DNA from: Antedon mediterranea
Lineage: Eukaryota; Animalia; Echinodermata
Reading direction: 5' to 3'
Length of the DNA stretch: 64,000 bases
NCBI RefSeq assembly: GCF_964355755.1
Contig: NC_092673.1
Coordinates: 8,618,001 to 8,682,000 of the forward strand
Both the position numbers and the translations under genes were made by a program. Below the pieces are notes generated by a model, which was not told the origin of the DNA, made no database searches, and saw nothing but the letters and a program-made list of their open reading frames with translations. Shown here piece after piece: positions 44,413 through 58,635 of the stretch (within the stretch, counting starts at the first letter, position 1; each line of letters begins with the position of its first letter).

Positions 44413-47387
44413 TAATAATCTAATTAAACAATAATCTATATCTGGAAGACAACATCCGGATTGAAAGTAGAACGAATTCTGATTGTATACTAAATTGCTA
44501 CGGTAAAGATATATTAGAATTTTGCAAAGAAACTGGTATGCGAATCACAAATGGTAGAATTGATAAAGAATCATCCAGTGGTTTTACATTTATCAGTTCA
44601 CAAGGTAAAAGTGTATGTGATTACCTTCTTACTAACTCAAACAACTTTAAACTAATGTCTTATTTAAGAATTGATGACCGTGTTGAATCGGATCATATGC
44701 CAATTGCCTTTAGTATTCAATTCAAAGACAAAGAACACACCAAATTGATTGTCAATGAAGATGACACGTTTACCCAGAGTACGTTCAAATGGTCCAACAG
44801 TTACATTAATGCATCCAAAGTCAGATGGGAACATGATATCATTGAAACTATTGATAATGATTTTATGAATGCTATCTCTCAAAATAAAATTGATGAGGCA
44901 GTTTCACATTTATGTAAAATTTTTGAATACGTATGTAAAGGAATTAAGTATACACAAACAAGTAAATCTTCAACTTCTACAAAACGAAACGAATGGTTTG
45001 ATAAAGATTGTAAGAACCTTAAAATGCAGGTTAAACAATCATTAAAGAGATTTAGAATTATGCGCACTCAACCTTTTTTAAATAATTATATTCAGATAAA
45101 AAAGCAATATAAATCGCTATTAAAATGCAAAAAAAATAACTTTCATAAAAGAATACGCAAACAAATTATCGATTCACTCAATACAAAGGATAGCAAAACG
45201 TTTTGGATGAAGTTGAAGACAAAACAGAAATTATCTTGCGAACTTTCTATTAATCAATGTTATATTCATTTTAAGAACCTATTTAAAAACGATGAGTCTA
45301 TTGGTAGCGCTGAGTTGCCAAAAATCACAGAATGCCAACAGAATGAAGACGATGATAATTTAGACCACGACATAACGTTGGATGAAATAAAAAAAGCATT
45401 TAATTCTCAAAATAGAGGAAAAGCTCCCGGCATTGATGGAATGAATTTTGAATTTTTGCTAAACGCCCCCAACATTATTTTTGATATTTTAAAAATTCTT
45501 TTTAACGCCATATTTTTAGTCGGAAAATTTCCCAAACAATGGGCAACAAGCTTAATTGTCCCAATTTTTAAAAATGGAGATAAAAACAAACCTGAAAATT
45601 ATAGAGGTATTTCTTTAATTCCAATCCTAAGAAAAATATTTTTACATATTCTTAATTCTAGGTTAAAACAATTTACAAATAGTAAAAAGTTAATTCATGA
45701 GGAACAAGCAGGCTTTCGTAAGGGATATAGAACGACAGATAATATATTCATTTTAGATACCCTCATCTCTAAATACTTAGATAAAAAGCGGGGTAGGATT
45801 TTTGTTTGTTTTGTTGATCTTAAACGTGCCTTTGACTCTATAAATCATACACTTTTACTACATAAGTTGAAATGTATCGGTGTTTCAGGCAGAATGTTAC
45901 ACATAATAAATTCCTTATACCAAAACTTATCTGCTCATGTTAAAATTGGCAACAAACTTAGTCCATCTTTTAATTGTTCGATTGGAGTACAACAAGGTTC
46001 TCCGTTGTCGTCTTTACTCTTTAATATTTACATTAATGATTTGAGTGGTATACTTAATCAGGTAAACGATTTCATTCAAATTGGAGATTGTCATATGAAT
46101 CATCTTCTTTATGCAGATGACTTAGTGCTAGTTAGTTAGTGATACGGTGAAAGGTCTCAAAAAATTAATAAATAAACTTGAACTTTATTGTGATACCTGG
46201 AAACTTACTGTAAACACTACAAAATCCAAAATTATGGTTTTTAAAAATGGCCGCATTTAAGGAACATTGAAAAATGGAAGTATAAAAATATTCAATTAAA
46301 AATTGTTAATTCGTATAATTATCTTGGTGTTATTTTTAGTTCAAATGGTGCATGGAACAACTCAACGCAACATAATCAACAAAAAGCAAATCAAAGTTTA
46401 TTCTGCTTAAAATCATTTATTTATCGTAACTTATCTTTTCTTCCAATTAATACATGGAACCATATTTTTGATGTGAAAATACTTCCTATTTTAACGTATG
46501 GAAGCGAAATCTGGGGAATGTCAGATAGCACAAACATTATAGAAAAAACACATACTAAATTTTGTAGATATTTATTGCAAGTTGGAAAAAATGCACCAAA
46601 TGCCGCTGTTACTTCTGAGTTAGGTAGATTACCACTTTCTTTGGATTGTTTAGTTACAGTTATAAGATTTTGGTTACATATTATTACTTTAGATCATGAC
46701 AGATTCATTTTTAAGTGTTATGAGTTTCAACTTAGAAAAGTTAACCGTAATGAGAATTGTTGGGCACAACAGGTCAAACACTTACTCTTTTCTACTGGTT
46801 TTGGTTATATATGGTTACAACAATATGTTAATAGTAAAGGTTTATTTTTGAGAGAATTTAAGTTGCGCTTATGTGATATTGAAAAACAAAAATGCATTCA
46901 AAAATTTAGTTTACATAATAAGTTAAGGTTCTTTTTTCTTTATAAAAAGAAATATGTTTAAGTTATCACTTGACCAACATCATTAATTTTAAACAAAGAA
47001 GATTATTAACTAAGTTACGTTTAGGGATATTAGAGCTAGAAATTGAAAAGGGCAGATGGGAGGGTGTAGAAAGATATAAGAGAACGTGTAAATTATGTAA
47101 AAAGAATATTGTTGAGGATGAATATCATTTTATTTTGCAATGCACATTTTATAATGATTTAAGAAAAAGTTTTATTCCAAGATTTATTCGTGTTTTTCCT
47201 TCTATTAATAAGCTTTGTTTATTACTTTCCAACACAAATTTTACTTATAATTTAGGAAAATACGTCTACTTTGCTTTTGAAAGAAGAAACCATTATCTTA
47301 AGTTATAGTTAATTTTTATTTGTTTGTATTAGGGCCAAAGGCCAATATACATTGAACCAATAAATTCCCTGAATAGGGAAAGAAGAA
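44413..47387 (+). mobile_element. 5'-truncated, disabled RTEX-like LINE (APE endonuclease C-terminus, RT, C-terminal C/H finger)
   Basis: ITNGR...SVCDY...ESDHMP; APGIDG, EEQAGFR, FVDLKRAFDS, GVQQGSPLS, LLYADD; LEIEKGRW...CKLC...EDEYHFILQC. Stop at 46137 from a 4-bp duplication plus later frameshifts. (GAA)n tail, TSD GACTG. Confidence 0.88.
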
Positions 47388-49169
47388 GACTGAGCTAAGA
47401 CATTTTTGAAAAATAGAGCTGTTAGGTCCCGGAAAATGCACTTATTGTTCTTCGAAATATGACCAGCTTTATGGTTGGGGCTGAGCTAAGAAATGTTTAA
47501 AACTAGAGCTGCAGGTCTTTAAAAATTTGCATCTTATACTATGGAAACCTCGGGCCTAGAGGCTTTAAAAAAGTGGTCCCTTTTGCCTTTATTTTAGAGG
47601 GGGATGTGGGGTGCGTCCGCAAGCGTAGAACCTTTTAGTCGGGGAAATCAGTTTATAAGCCTACTTCCCAAGTGTATGCGTGCGTACGTCCATCTGAACT
47701 TCCGAGTGGTGAGAAGTTCATACAGGACATTGAAAATTTAATAACTTAGCTATAATAAGATGTTGGCTAAGTGAAAATAGCATGTTTTTTTTGTTTAGTA
47801 ATGTATGCAATATATATTTTAAGTGCCCCATGGTACAGGGTTACTTGTAAATCAAAAAATTTGTGAACATACGAACAATTAACATAATTCGTTTTTGCTG
47901 TAGTGTAGCGTACGTCGACACACAGTACACGACCTAACCAGGGAGTTGTCAACTCCCTGACGTAACCGTCGGTAAACTTCGTCTGGAAAGTAACTACAAT
48001 ACACATTTTGGTCCCTGGATGGAACATGATATCACGCGTCTGGACCCAACGTTGAACGATTCGTACAAAGGGATACCGCCAGACAAGTGCGTACCTAGCT
48101 ACTGTTAAAATAGCTAGATCACTGGCAATAATGAATGCACAGTGCATAATAGCCCTCTGATGTACTCACGGTCAATGGAACGTCCGGTTTTCTAGGCGCT
48201 GAAGCTACGAAGTGAACGCGAACGATGTTTACTGTATATTATATTCCCCGACAAAAAGTACCTGTGTTCCCCGACGGGGGGGGGGGGGTAGGCTCCCCAA
48301 CGAGGGTCAACACTGTAACTAATCCCTCACTATTCAATAAAAATGTTATTATTATACTACTATACTATATTGTTGAAAAATGGATTGCGTGATATGGAAA
48401 TGGATTGATAGTAAAACGTAAAAATACGTTCTTGTCTGGTTATAGGTATACTCATGCACTGATGAAGCGGAGGATAATTTTTGTAGCGTTCCATTCATTT
48501 AAAATAAATTTTGTTACAAAGAAATATTTTGGTTGTGAAGGTCGTTAAATTCGTTGGCACCAGCCTTACTTCTTTTACCAATTTTAACAATTAAGCTAAC
48601 ATCAACAATGATAAAATGCCCTGAAACTCTGTAACTACTTTATGAATAAGCCTATCAAGTTCCGGGTCAGGAATTTTTATTCATCCACTACAAATTGTAC
48701 AATAAATAATAAATATAAAACAAAGAAATTAATTATACGAAATTTGCAGAAAGAAGCAAAATTTGCTCTGCTACCGGTATAATTCTCTGTTACTACGAAC
48801 ATTCGGCCTAATATTACGGACGTATAGGCTATACGTACGGAAATAAGATAAATAGGGTACTACTGCACGGAAAACAAAACTATACGCAAAATTATGATTT
48901 GGCCTGAAAAAACGCAATCATTATGAGCATGCTCAAAAACGTATCTATCTGCGCGGTATAGTTGGCCTATTGGTGACTGATGTGCATTCTGCTAATTTAC
49001 AAATATTCTCTTCCAGATTGGAGTTCTATAACGTATTAATAATATGGATATTGTATACGATGAAATGGGACTCAATTTTAATTTAGTGGCAGAAACAACA
49101 TTTAGTATGAAATTAAGGGTGTTGCCCGGGCCACTAGCGCAACACCCCTGAGTCCGCCCCTACGGTATG

Positions 49170-49900
49170 AGTCAAAATGAATCAAAATAAAGAATATAAT
49201 GTTTTATTTAATACACAACACTCAGGCATAAAATTAAACAAAGATACTTGAAAAAGTTATCAACAATAACTAAACAGAAATCAAAATGACACAAAAGTAA
49301 TTTATAACACAACAGCAAAAGAGCACATCATTTTCTTCTATAAAGAATTAACCATTCCAATGAAAATTTGTCAATTAAAGATTTAGTAATAATTATTAAA
49401 TAAATTATTGTCTATGCCTAGAATAAGAAGAGTTGTGTAGATTAAATCTAGATTTTGAAAATACTCATAAAAATAAAAATGTCCAAATGTTCTTGTTAGA
49501 ATTTAGCAATTTCATTTTTCTTTTCTTCTTCTAGAGTGATACATGTTAAGAGAAAGTGCATAATTGTTTTTCTTCTTCATTTCTGTTGCACAATTTACAA
49601 CAACCATTAGCATTAGAATCATTTGATGCTTTTCTTTCAACAGGAAGGGTGTTTTTGGTCGCAGCTTAAATTTTAACGATGCTCCTACAAAGTCATTTGG
49701 TTCATGTTTTATATACATAATATTCAATTGACTTTTACCGTCTTCTGCCCAATGAGAGAGAGAGAGAGAGTTAGATTTTTTTAATAATTATTTTTGTATT
49801 AAAAGCCCATTGGGCATCAAAGTTATCATTCATGTTTCACACTCATATCGACTGGTCTCCTAATTTCCATAATTTGTGTTTTCTATTTTCTTACCAATAA
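49170..49900 (-). mobile_element. Old LINE 3' fragment
   Basis: Frameshifted ASLKFKLR...CCKLCNRNEEE...C, a C-terminal zinc-finger-like remnant. Boundaries approximate. Confidence 0.5.
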
Positions 49901-51029
49901 GTAGTACATTTTAGTCGGATTAAATTGCATTTTCTAATTTATGGAAAATTTTGCTGTAGGCCTAGCTGTAACATGAGCCATTTGTTAGAGCTAATAACAC
50001 GATATCATCTGGCGAGAAAAGAGCTCCTTGTCATATATTATAATACGTAGCCTACTCATATCATTCGAATTTAGAATTTTTCAGAAAAAAGGAGATAACA
50101 CACACCCCTGTGTCTAGCTCTTTGTTCAATTGAAACAGAATCAAATGCCATATTCGGATCCAGGAAAGTCAGATAGATGTTAGATTTCCTTGGTTAGTCC
50201 GTGGTCATAGTTCAACCTGATTAGAAGTCATGAATGCAAACAAACTTTAAACGGTCGAAACGCGGGAATAAAATTCAGATTTTTTATTTCTAGTTATGCT
50301 GGTAACATTTGCCACACTTGTATTTCATGTTTTTAATGTTAAAATTAATTCCAAAAGTATGAAACACGAAGTAGGCCTCAGAGGAAATTTACAGATCGAT
50401 AATTATTGGAATATGACCAATAGAAATTAAATGTTTTGTCTATCAAAAATGGAAGGCATATTAATAAATTGTGGATGCATAGAGCTTTAACATGTTATAG
50501 CTTCATGGTGGATGGATGGTTTGTTCCTGCACATCAAAATCTTATTTTTATTTTTCATTTTTCTAGGGATGTAATTTTATAAAAAAATATATATTCCTAA
50601 ATATTTATCAGGGTAAGTCTTTTTGTTCTACTAAACAATGTAATATTTTATAATTCTTATAGCTGAACTTTACGGCAATGACATTATTCATAAAACTGAT
50701 TCATTTGGTTTGGTGGTGACCTGGATGATGGACAGGAGCCATTCAATGGCTCTTGGCTCTGTGACGGACACCAGAGCCATATGGCTCTAGCTGTATGGAT
50801 AATGGCGTTCACGGATTTTAGAAAATCATGTGGGTACGTGCACACCGGCCATTTTTGTGTCCAACAATGCCTATGATGTAGAGTTTGGAGTCGAGTCGTG
50901 CTTTAAAATGTGACTGCTGGCTACTGATTGGTATCATTGGCAAACTACACCAGCTACTATCATCTTACGTGAGTGGAAGGCAGTGTTGGGTCCTTTATTT
51001 TTTAACATTTTTATTTTCATAGTTTCTTT

Positions 51030-54000
51030 TATTTGCGGATGATATTAAATTATATCGTATTATTTCTTCTAACGACGATGCAGTATTACTTCAGGAGGAT
51101 TTCGATGGTCTACTGCAGTGGTCTAATTCTTGTGGTAAACAACTCAATGCCTCCAAATGTAAGTCAATGACTATTACTCTTAAATCAAAACCCATTTCGT
51201 TTAATTATCAAATTAATAATCAGAACTTCGACAAAGTCCTATACCATAAGGATCTGGGAATATTCTTCGATTCCAAACTGTTATTTTCCAAGCATATTGA
51301 CCACATTTTTTTCTCTTTTGTGGGGGCAACCCACTTTTATTGCAATGATGAACAATATGATACAGGTTATATTATCAATCTATCAATGAATATATAAGTG
51401 ATATTACACATTCTGAGGTAAAAATATTATAGAAAATATTTTGATATTGTGTTGAAATCTAAATATAATAAAACAAATATGTATATACAGTGAAAATTTA
51501 TATTACAGAGCTGAAACGATATAAAGATTGATATTCAGTATTAAAAATTGAGATTAGGTATAATAATAATAATAAAATGGTATATTGCATTATAAGATTA
51601 CATTTATAAAGACATTTTTTGCTTTCATTATTTACATGAATTATATGATAAAATAAAAAACTAATAAATATTGCAAAGCTAAACCCAAACCGAAGTATGG
51701 GGATACGCCCTCGTCGCAAGCCAAGTTTATTTTTTAGAGTTCCAATTTAAGTCCTGGCTAGCACAAGTTGTGTCTCGGTCATCCATGACTCGGGCGCCTC
51801 CTAGAAAACAATAATATAATAATGGTGGTAAACTAACAATTGATCTAAACTCAATCAAATATACTGTATACCGTACGTTTATATTTATTCTTGTGTATTT
51901 CTTAAATAAATTAAATTGTATTGATTATTTTTCTTTTTAGATAATTGATTCAAGGAGTTTTTCATTAACGTCGTTCCATTTTCTTTCTGCTTTGTTTAGA
52001 TTACATAAGTATATTCATTTGAAATTAAATTTTTTAGTTCTATCTTAAATAAATTCCAAGTGATAATCCAATCTTTACGTTTGCTTGTTTTATATATAAT
52101 GCAAGATTTGTAAATACTAAATGTAAATAAAGAGATGAGTTCATTAACGAGCGTGTGTTGAGTTCCTATAACTATGTCTGACCATTCGGGGAAACCCGGT
52201 CGTAGTGTTACATTAGTCGGAATACATTTAACAATCAGTTTACGGAACTTACTCAAATCTGATTGAATGCTATTACAGGTGTACAACATATGGTTTTCAC
52301 TTTCTATTTCTATACAACACTTTTCGCAATAATTACTTTTATTAAGATTCCACTTCTTTAAGTTTTTTCTACAAGCTAAGATACGATGTAATAATTTAAA
52401 AATAAATTGGGCGACTTTTGGTAAATGTTTCATATTGTGAACTTTACAGTACCATGTTTTGTCTCAGTCTAATTCATTTTTACCTAACTCAACATCCCAC
52501 TTTGCTTGTATATTAGGGATTTTAGCAACCTTGTTAACAAAAAGAGTATAATGAAAAGATGCCTTGTATTTTTTATGAAATACGGTTTCTTTCATTTGCA
52601 AGTTAAATTGATTGTTTTCTATTGAAGTAAAGACGATTACCTTCCAATAACTTGGAATTGAATACAAGAGCGTAAAATATTCGTTAAATCCTTTTTGTTT
52701 ATTGATTAAAGTAAGTATCACTTCATCTGAAGTTAGAAATATGTTATTAACGATAATATCACATACCGATTTTTATTTAGAATGTAATTTAAAATAAAGA
52801 GATTTTCCACTTACGGAAATTATGTATTTATGTTCCCAAAGTGGTTGTTTTAAAATGTCTATATTTTGTGGAACTACAATATTATTCAACTTAACCGCTG
52901 ATTTTAACATTGATACATAAAAATCAGGCATTCTATTCAAGTCAATATGAACGTTAAGCTGAGTAGCACCTATAGTGTATTCTATTGGATACATAAAGTA
53001 TTTAGGAATATTTCTTCATTTTCCTGGATCGAGACTTAGTAATATTTTTATCCATGTTAGTTTTAATGAATCTATTACGGAGTTGAAATTTATCATCCAC
53101 CTTCGCATGCTTCGCAAGAACAAGTCTTTTAATTGTTTCACGTTGACCATTCCACAGAAAATTATAAAGTATTTTTTCAACAAGTGATTATATGTATAGT
53201 AAGGGTACGTTAATTATGCTTGCGTTATAAAACCAATTTAGAGATTACAAGCATTTTGATGATTGTTATCCTTCCAAAGAAAGTTAGATTTCTTTTTTTC
53301 CATAATGAAGAAGGTTTTGTAGTTCAATAACGTTTTCGTCCCAGCATATTGACTACATTGCTATAAGAGTAATATAATGGTTGGCTTCAGTTGGAGGCAC
53401 TGTAAGGGAATTAGCTACCAAAAAACCCTTGTTAATTTGTTCAAAACGCTTGTTAGACCTAATTTAGAATTATCCTCTGTTATTTTTAATTAAATTTCTG
53501 ATATTCATGCCACAAGGCTCCAACGTGTTGAAAATAAGTTTGTTAGGTTTCTTTTTCAACGTTTTGATGTTATTAATTGTCTTGAACCTCTTAAGTTTAG
53601 AAGAAGTGTGTCTGATTTAATGTTTCTTTATAAGAGTGTCAATTGTCTGTTTAGTTGCGACTGTTGCTCTCTTTTCAGTTTACATGCTCATTCTCGTAAA
53701 ACTAGAGTCAAGTATTATATCTTATTGTGGTTACCATTATAACAAATATACGATTGATTGAATAAAGTTCACATATATAAAAGTCCACTTTTTATGTTCC
53801 GTTTAATAGAGTAAATGTCTCGAAAAGGGGTTTCAGACACGCTTGGTATAACTATTTAAAGTGAGTCAAATGTAAATGTTGATATTTTTTTCAATAGTTA
53901 TTCTTCATTCAAGATTAAATAATCATGCTCAATAAGCTAATTTTTACTATTTACATTTATTTAAGTTTGCGTCTTTTATATAGTAGCCTATTTATTGCAT

Positions 54001-54075
54001 CTGTTTTCTGTTTCATACCTTCAAGTGGCAACTTTCGATTGCTGTTGGTTTTGATGAAATTTTAAAAAAATAAAT
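51030..54075 (+). mobile_element. CR1-like LINE fragment split by a Tx1/L1 insertion
   Basis: DDIKLYRII...LLQEDFDGLLQWS...LNASKC...KDLGIFFDSKLLFSKHI (51035-51306); resumes ~53500 with LQRVENKFVRFL...LEPLKFRRSVSDLMFLYK. Confidence 0.78.
51307..53350 (-). mobile_element. Decayed L1/Tx1-like LINE, 3' portion
   Basis: LTFFGRITIIKMLVISK; PDFYVSMLK; QPLWE; FIFKLLHRIL...LKKW...CEKC...ESENHMLYTC (zf-RVT). 3' UTR and short poly(A) at 51307. Confidence 0.82.
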
Positions 54076-55134
54076 CAATTTGGTTTTCGTTAAGATAACA
54101 ACAAAATTATAAAGTTACTGCGAAATGATTGTTTTGATATTCAATTCGATAGTTAAAGCCTTTTGAAGGTTATACATTCTTAAAACAAAGGAATCAACTC
54201 CATACTCTACATAGGGGGGATAGTTGGACACAAAAATGGCTTCTAAATAATATAATGATGTTGGAACTCTTTCAAATATGGCTCTGTGGACGTGATGAAC
54301 CAGATGAACCACCATAGCCATATTTATATATGGCTCTGAGATGAACCATTATGGCTCTGAGATGAACATTATAAGTACGCCCTCAACACCCTCAGAAAAA
54401 CTCGAGCGACCGGTCTTCTTTCGCTCCTCCTCTCCCGGCCGCACCATGCCGACCTGAGTCAGCTCACCTCCAAATATCTCACTCGCGCGAAACGACTGAA
54501 GCACACTTTACTGGTAGTGTGTTGTTTTTGATAGGGAAGTAAACACTAAACTCCAAAATTATGACGAATCTATTATTTATACCAACTACCAAAAATAGAA
54601 AACGTAAGTATATTTATATAATTCTATAATGACACTCCTTGGTTCTCCAGTTTGTCGTTTTAAGACACAATTACATTATTTAAATAGTTTGACCTTTATT
54701 TAGTTTTTAGTTGATGTCCATCATCCAAAGGCAAACATCATGCTGGATGGATTCGGTCCGTACATTATACACACGGCCTGGTGGGTAATGGTGTTTCCTG
54801 TAAGCCTACTAATACTTGCTAGGCTAATAGTTTACCTTTACTCTTTATTTCTTTGTCTATTTCTCCATGTTACCGTACCATTATACTCTGGTTGATTAGT
54901 AGGCAGTTTCTCTTGCTCATGCATGCCCGCAGCATCCGTCCTTCATATTATTAATATTATTTCAAACTATAGACTAATAGAATAGGCTAGTACTAGTAGT
55001 AGTACTACCTAGCCTAGGCCTAGTAATATAGTAATTAGTAATTAAATAGGCCTAGACCTTTATTAGGATAAGATTATTTTTTAGATGTCATTTTCTCTAT
55101 GAATTCCGGTTATTCATGCTTAACTACATATTAA

Positions 55135-55445
55135 ATCACACGCACACACAGACCTCCATCACACGACACACACAGACTTCCACCACACACACAGACCTCC
55201 ATCACACACACAGACCTCCATCACACACACAGACCTCCATCACACACACAGACCTCCATCACACACTCGCACACCCAGATCTCCATCGCACACTCAGACC
55301 TCCATCACACACACAAACCTCCATCGTACACACAAACCTCCATCGCACACACAAACCTCCATCGCACACTGACCTCAATCGCACGCACAGACCTCCATCG
55401 CACGCACAGACCTCCATCGCACGCACAGACCTCCATCGCACGACC
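55135..55445. repeat. ~20-bp minisatellite (cacacacagacctccatc)
   Basis: About 15 imperfect copies; explains ORFs 55116+ and 55259-. Confidence 0.92.
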
Positions 55446-55799
55446 AGACGCTCAACACACAAACATTCATATTAAGAACAGACACCTTTGCATGCACACT
55501 ATAACTATAGGCTACTACTACTTAATAAAGAAATATTTTATTTGCAGCTAATAACCATTGACCTTTGAAGAATTTTAGATTAAAAGCCAATAGACCATTA
55601 CACTACAGTCTCAGAAAAAGAATAACAATGGCAGAAAATTATGAAGACGATGGTAAGTTTTTTTCTCAGAAAATACTGATAGTAAAAATGGCATAAAAAT
55701 GTGTTGTAAAATAAGTTTACATACACCCCTACTTGGGTACATATGTTCTGAAACCATGAATGATTCCACTTCCACCTCCGGGACAACCGTTTTTTACGA

Positions 55800-57780
55800 T
55801 CGGACAACCCCGAACAACATCCAGTCGATCCAGAATATGATGCCAACAAAAAAGATCGTAACAAATTCATTCTAAATATAGTAGTATCATAACATTCAGT
55901 CGGCCGCTCAAAAAGACTGACAGAAGACCGTAATTAATACAGACTTAATACAGTTTTTTTGGTCACATGGCATGAAACGCGATACTCTCTGTTTTACCGC
56001 AACCTCTCTCACATCGGCTGTCCATTAGAAAGGTCTGATGACGATAAACAGTAGTAATTGAGAGCGTGTACCTGGATCCCGACCTGGATCTGTTCCCGGC
56101 GCGCTGCCCACAACTCGATTTTTTTTTCCACTCCAATCTGGTCGGACTTTTTATTTGAAACACATATAATAAATTTAAAGGCCATGTTAAATCTTAACAT
56201 GGAATATATATTTATTTTGCATAATATTAATATGTTGGTGTCCTAGCCTAGGTGTCGTTTTTATAATTCGCTAACCCAGAGTAGGATTAAATAATTTATA
56301 GTGTAGCAGACCTTGATTTATAAATATAAGAGGAGAGCTCCTAATGGCTCTCCTCAATATGTTGAGGAGAGCCATTATTTAGATTAAGTATTCGAGGCAC
56401 AGGCCCACCATGGTTGGGCCTGTGGCGAGCCGAATTTTGATAAATGACACCTCTAGATGGCAGGAAATGGTACTCTCGCACGTAAAATTCATCGTAGGTC
56501 ATTGTTCTCTGAACGTAGTCTACGATGTATTGTTATGATAATTATCTACGCGTCGATCGTAGAGTGGTTCGTAGGGTTAGTAAACACCATTGTCATCGCC
56601 TTTACTTTAGAAGCATGGACAATGCAAACAAATGTATTGTTTGCTAATTAAAATCCTATCTAAAGATAGTAGACGTCAATTTTTGTAGCCACCCTAGCTA
56701 GGCCTACGCATCGGTTATCCTAATTTGGACGGAAATCCGCCGACGAGACAACATCGGGTCCGTGGACACCACCTCTCAGCTCACGCAGAGAGAGTCGAGG
56801 CTATCTATCTAGGCCTAGTCTAGTTTCGGCGGCCTACACTATAAATTATTTAATCCTACCTTGGGTTAGCGAATTATAAAAACAACGACACCTAGGCTAG
56901 GACACCAACAAAATATATGCAAAATAAATATATATTCCATATTAATTACTATAAGATTTAATATAAAGGCGACATGTGTATAAGAAAAGGCCCGACCAGA
57001 ATTTGGAGGGGAAAACATGTGAGCAGTTATTAAGATCAGAGAGAGTGTTTCATGTCATGTGACACAAAATCCAGGTACACGATCTATAATTACTGTTTAT
57101 CGTCGGCAGCCACCACCCCCCGCACCACCCTCACATACTGAGTTGTTTAAAAAAAAACATATGAGATGTTGCGGTAAAGCAGAGAGTATCGCGTTTCATG
57201 CCATGTGACCAAAAAAACTAGGTCTGTATAATTACGGTCTTCTGACGGCAGTCTTTTTGAGCTACCGATTGAACGTTCTGATACTATATTTAGAATGAAT
57301 TGTTTACGATATTTTTCTCGCAACATCAAAGATCGTAGGCGCGCCTAGCCTATCGGGGGTAGCCATAACAAAGATCGTTTGCGCGACTATATATAGACTG
57401 TGTGTTGTATTCGGGGTTAATATTCTTATCATTATATATTTTTATGACGCACTGTAACAGGTTGGGGAGCGCTATTTTAGGCGCTCCTTTGATCGTTTTC
57501 AGGAGCGCCAAGGAGCGTCAGCGCCATGGCGCTCCTTTTAAATCAAGGTCTGGTGTAGGCCTATGCTGCCGAAAGTAAGCTAGCCTCAAGTCTTTTCGTG
57601 AGCTGAGGCCCACGGGCCCGATGCATTGTCCATGCTTCTAAAGGCGATGACAATGATGTTTACTTACCCTTCAAACCATCCTACGATCGACGGGTAGATA
57701 ATTATCATATAACAATACATCGTAGGCTACGAAAACCATACTTCCTAGGCTACGTTCATAGAACAATGACCTACAATCTA
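55800..57780. mobile_element. Older, diverged copy of the 56307-57552 family in the opposite orientation (host of the insertion)
   Basis: Flanks ~55850-56306 and 57553-57775 joined together align to the reverse complement of ~56480-57330. Confidence 0.72.
56307..57552. mobile_element. hAT-like MITE with 6-bp TSD GTGTAG
   Basis: cagaccttgattta ... taaatcaaggtctg. GTGTAG at 56301-56306 and 57553-57558. Confidence 0.85.
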
Positions 57781-58635
57781 CTTACGCGTATGCTACGGAG
57801 CAGTAATTTCTTTCTGTACTGTAGTGGAAACAAGCTTATGATTTTAATTGCTATTGCCATATTGACCTTTGACTCACAATTTTAAACTTGACAACCTAGT
57901 GCAATACCTGTTATTAATTAATATGATGAATATTAACTACAGGTAGTATTTTGTTTTAAAATTATACTTTTATATCATTTTTTTGTTTGTAAATAAAATA
58001 GCAATAAGATAAAAAACATGTTTATATTTTATGCTAATTTCTTTCGAAATTGCAAACGAAAAAAATGCTTTTTTAAACCATGTTTTTTAGTTAGGAAACA
58101 TTTCGTGCAACTAGGAGAACACAAACTGGATCTACTGCATACTGTAGTTAGCATAACATTTACCAGCAGATATATGCCGTATTGTCTGTTTTACTAATCA
58201 GACAATATAGATATTGATTTTCCTGGCCAATGTACAGTAAGCAAGCAAGCCAGTGTTGTGTTTACGTCACATAGGAACTTCAGCATTGTCTATACAAACC
58301 ATTCAACTTACCTTGTATTACTCTAGGATGTAACTTAAGTATTTATTTACATACAAGTTTTGCATTACTGATGTTGTCTAGTTTAGGCATTTATTTTTAG
58401 TATACAGCATTATAGTTCCACTGAAAATCCCAATTTTAAAAACATAGCTTGAACACCATAAAAGCTACTGTTAATGGTTGAATTTGTGTATGTTATCAGG
58501 CTTTAGATGAGCTTTAATTTGAATGATACGTCTTCTATTTAAATAAGTTTGACAACAATCATATTTTGAATCACTGTTTATAGAAAAATATTATGGATTT
58601 TAGTATTAAATTATAGCCAAATCTATATACTATAA

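Larger units (their letters stand above)
28899..48275. mobile_element. Repeat family F, copy 2 (inverted relative to copy 1), fragmented by ~17.5 kb of insertions
   Basis: Collinear pieces 28899-29420, 44300-44412 and 47388-48275 match the reverse complement of 19650-21983. Confidence 0.6.

Noticed and set aside
48460-48480. Other CTGATGA motifs (also ~56035) as hammerheads
   Set aside because: No stem II followed by GAAA and no closing stem I.
28633-49162. caggggcgg... and ...ccgccccta as paired hAT ends around the whole nest
   Set aside because: Weak TIR match and no target-site duplication.
50660-54805. Possible plus-strand exons bounded by ag/gt (~50663-50968 and ~54711-54799)
   Set aside because: Stop codons or unrecognisable peptides; cannot be supported without transcript or homology data.
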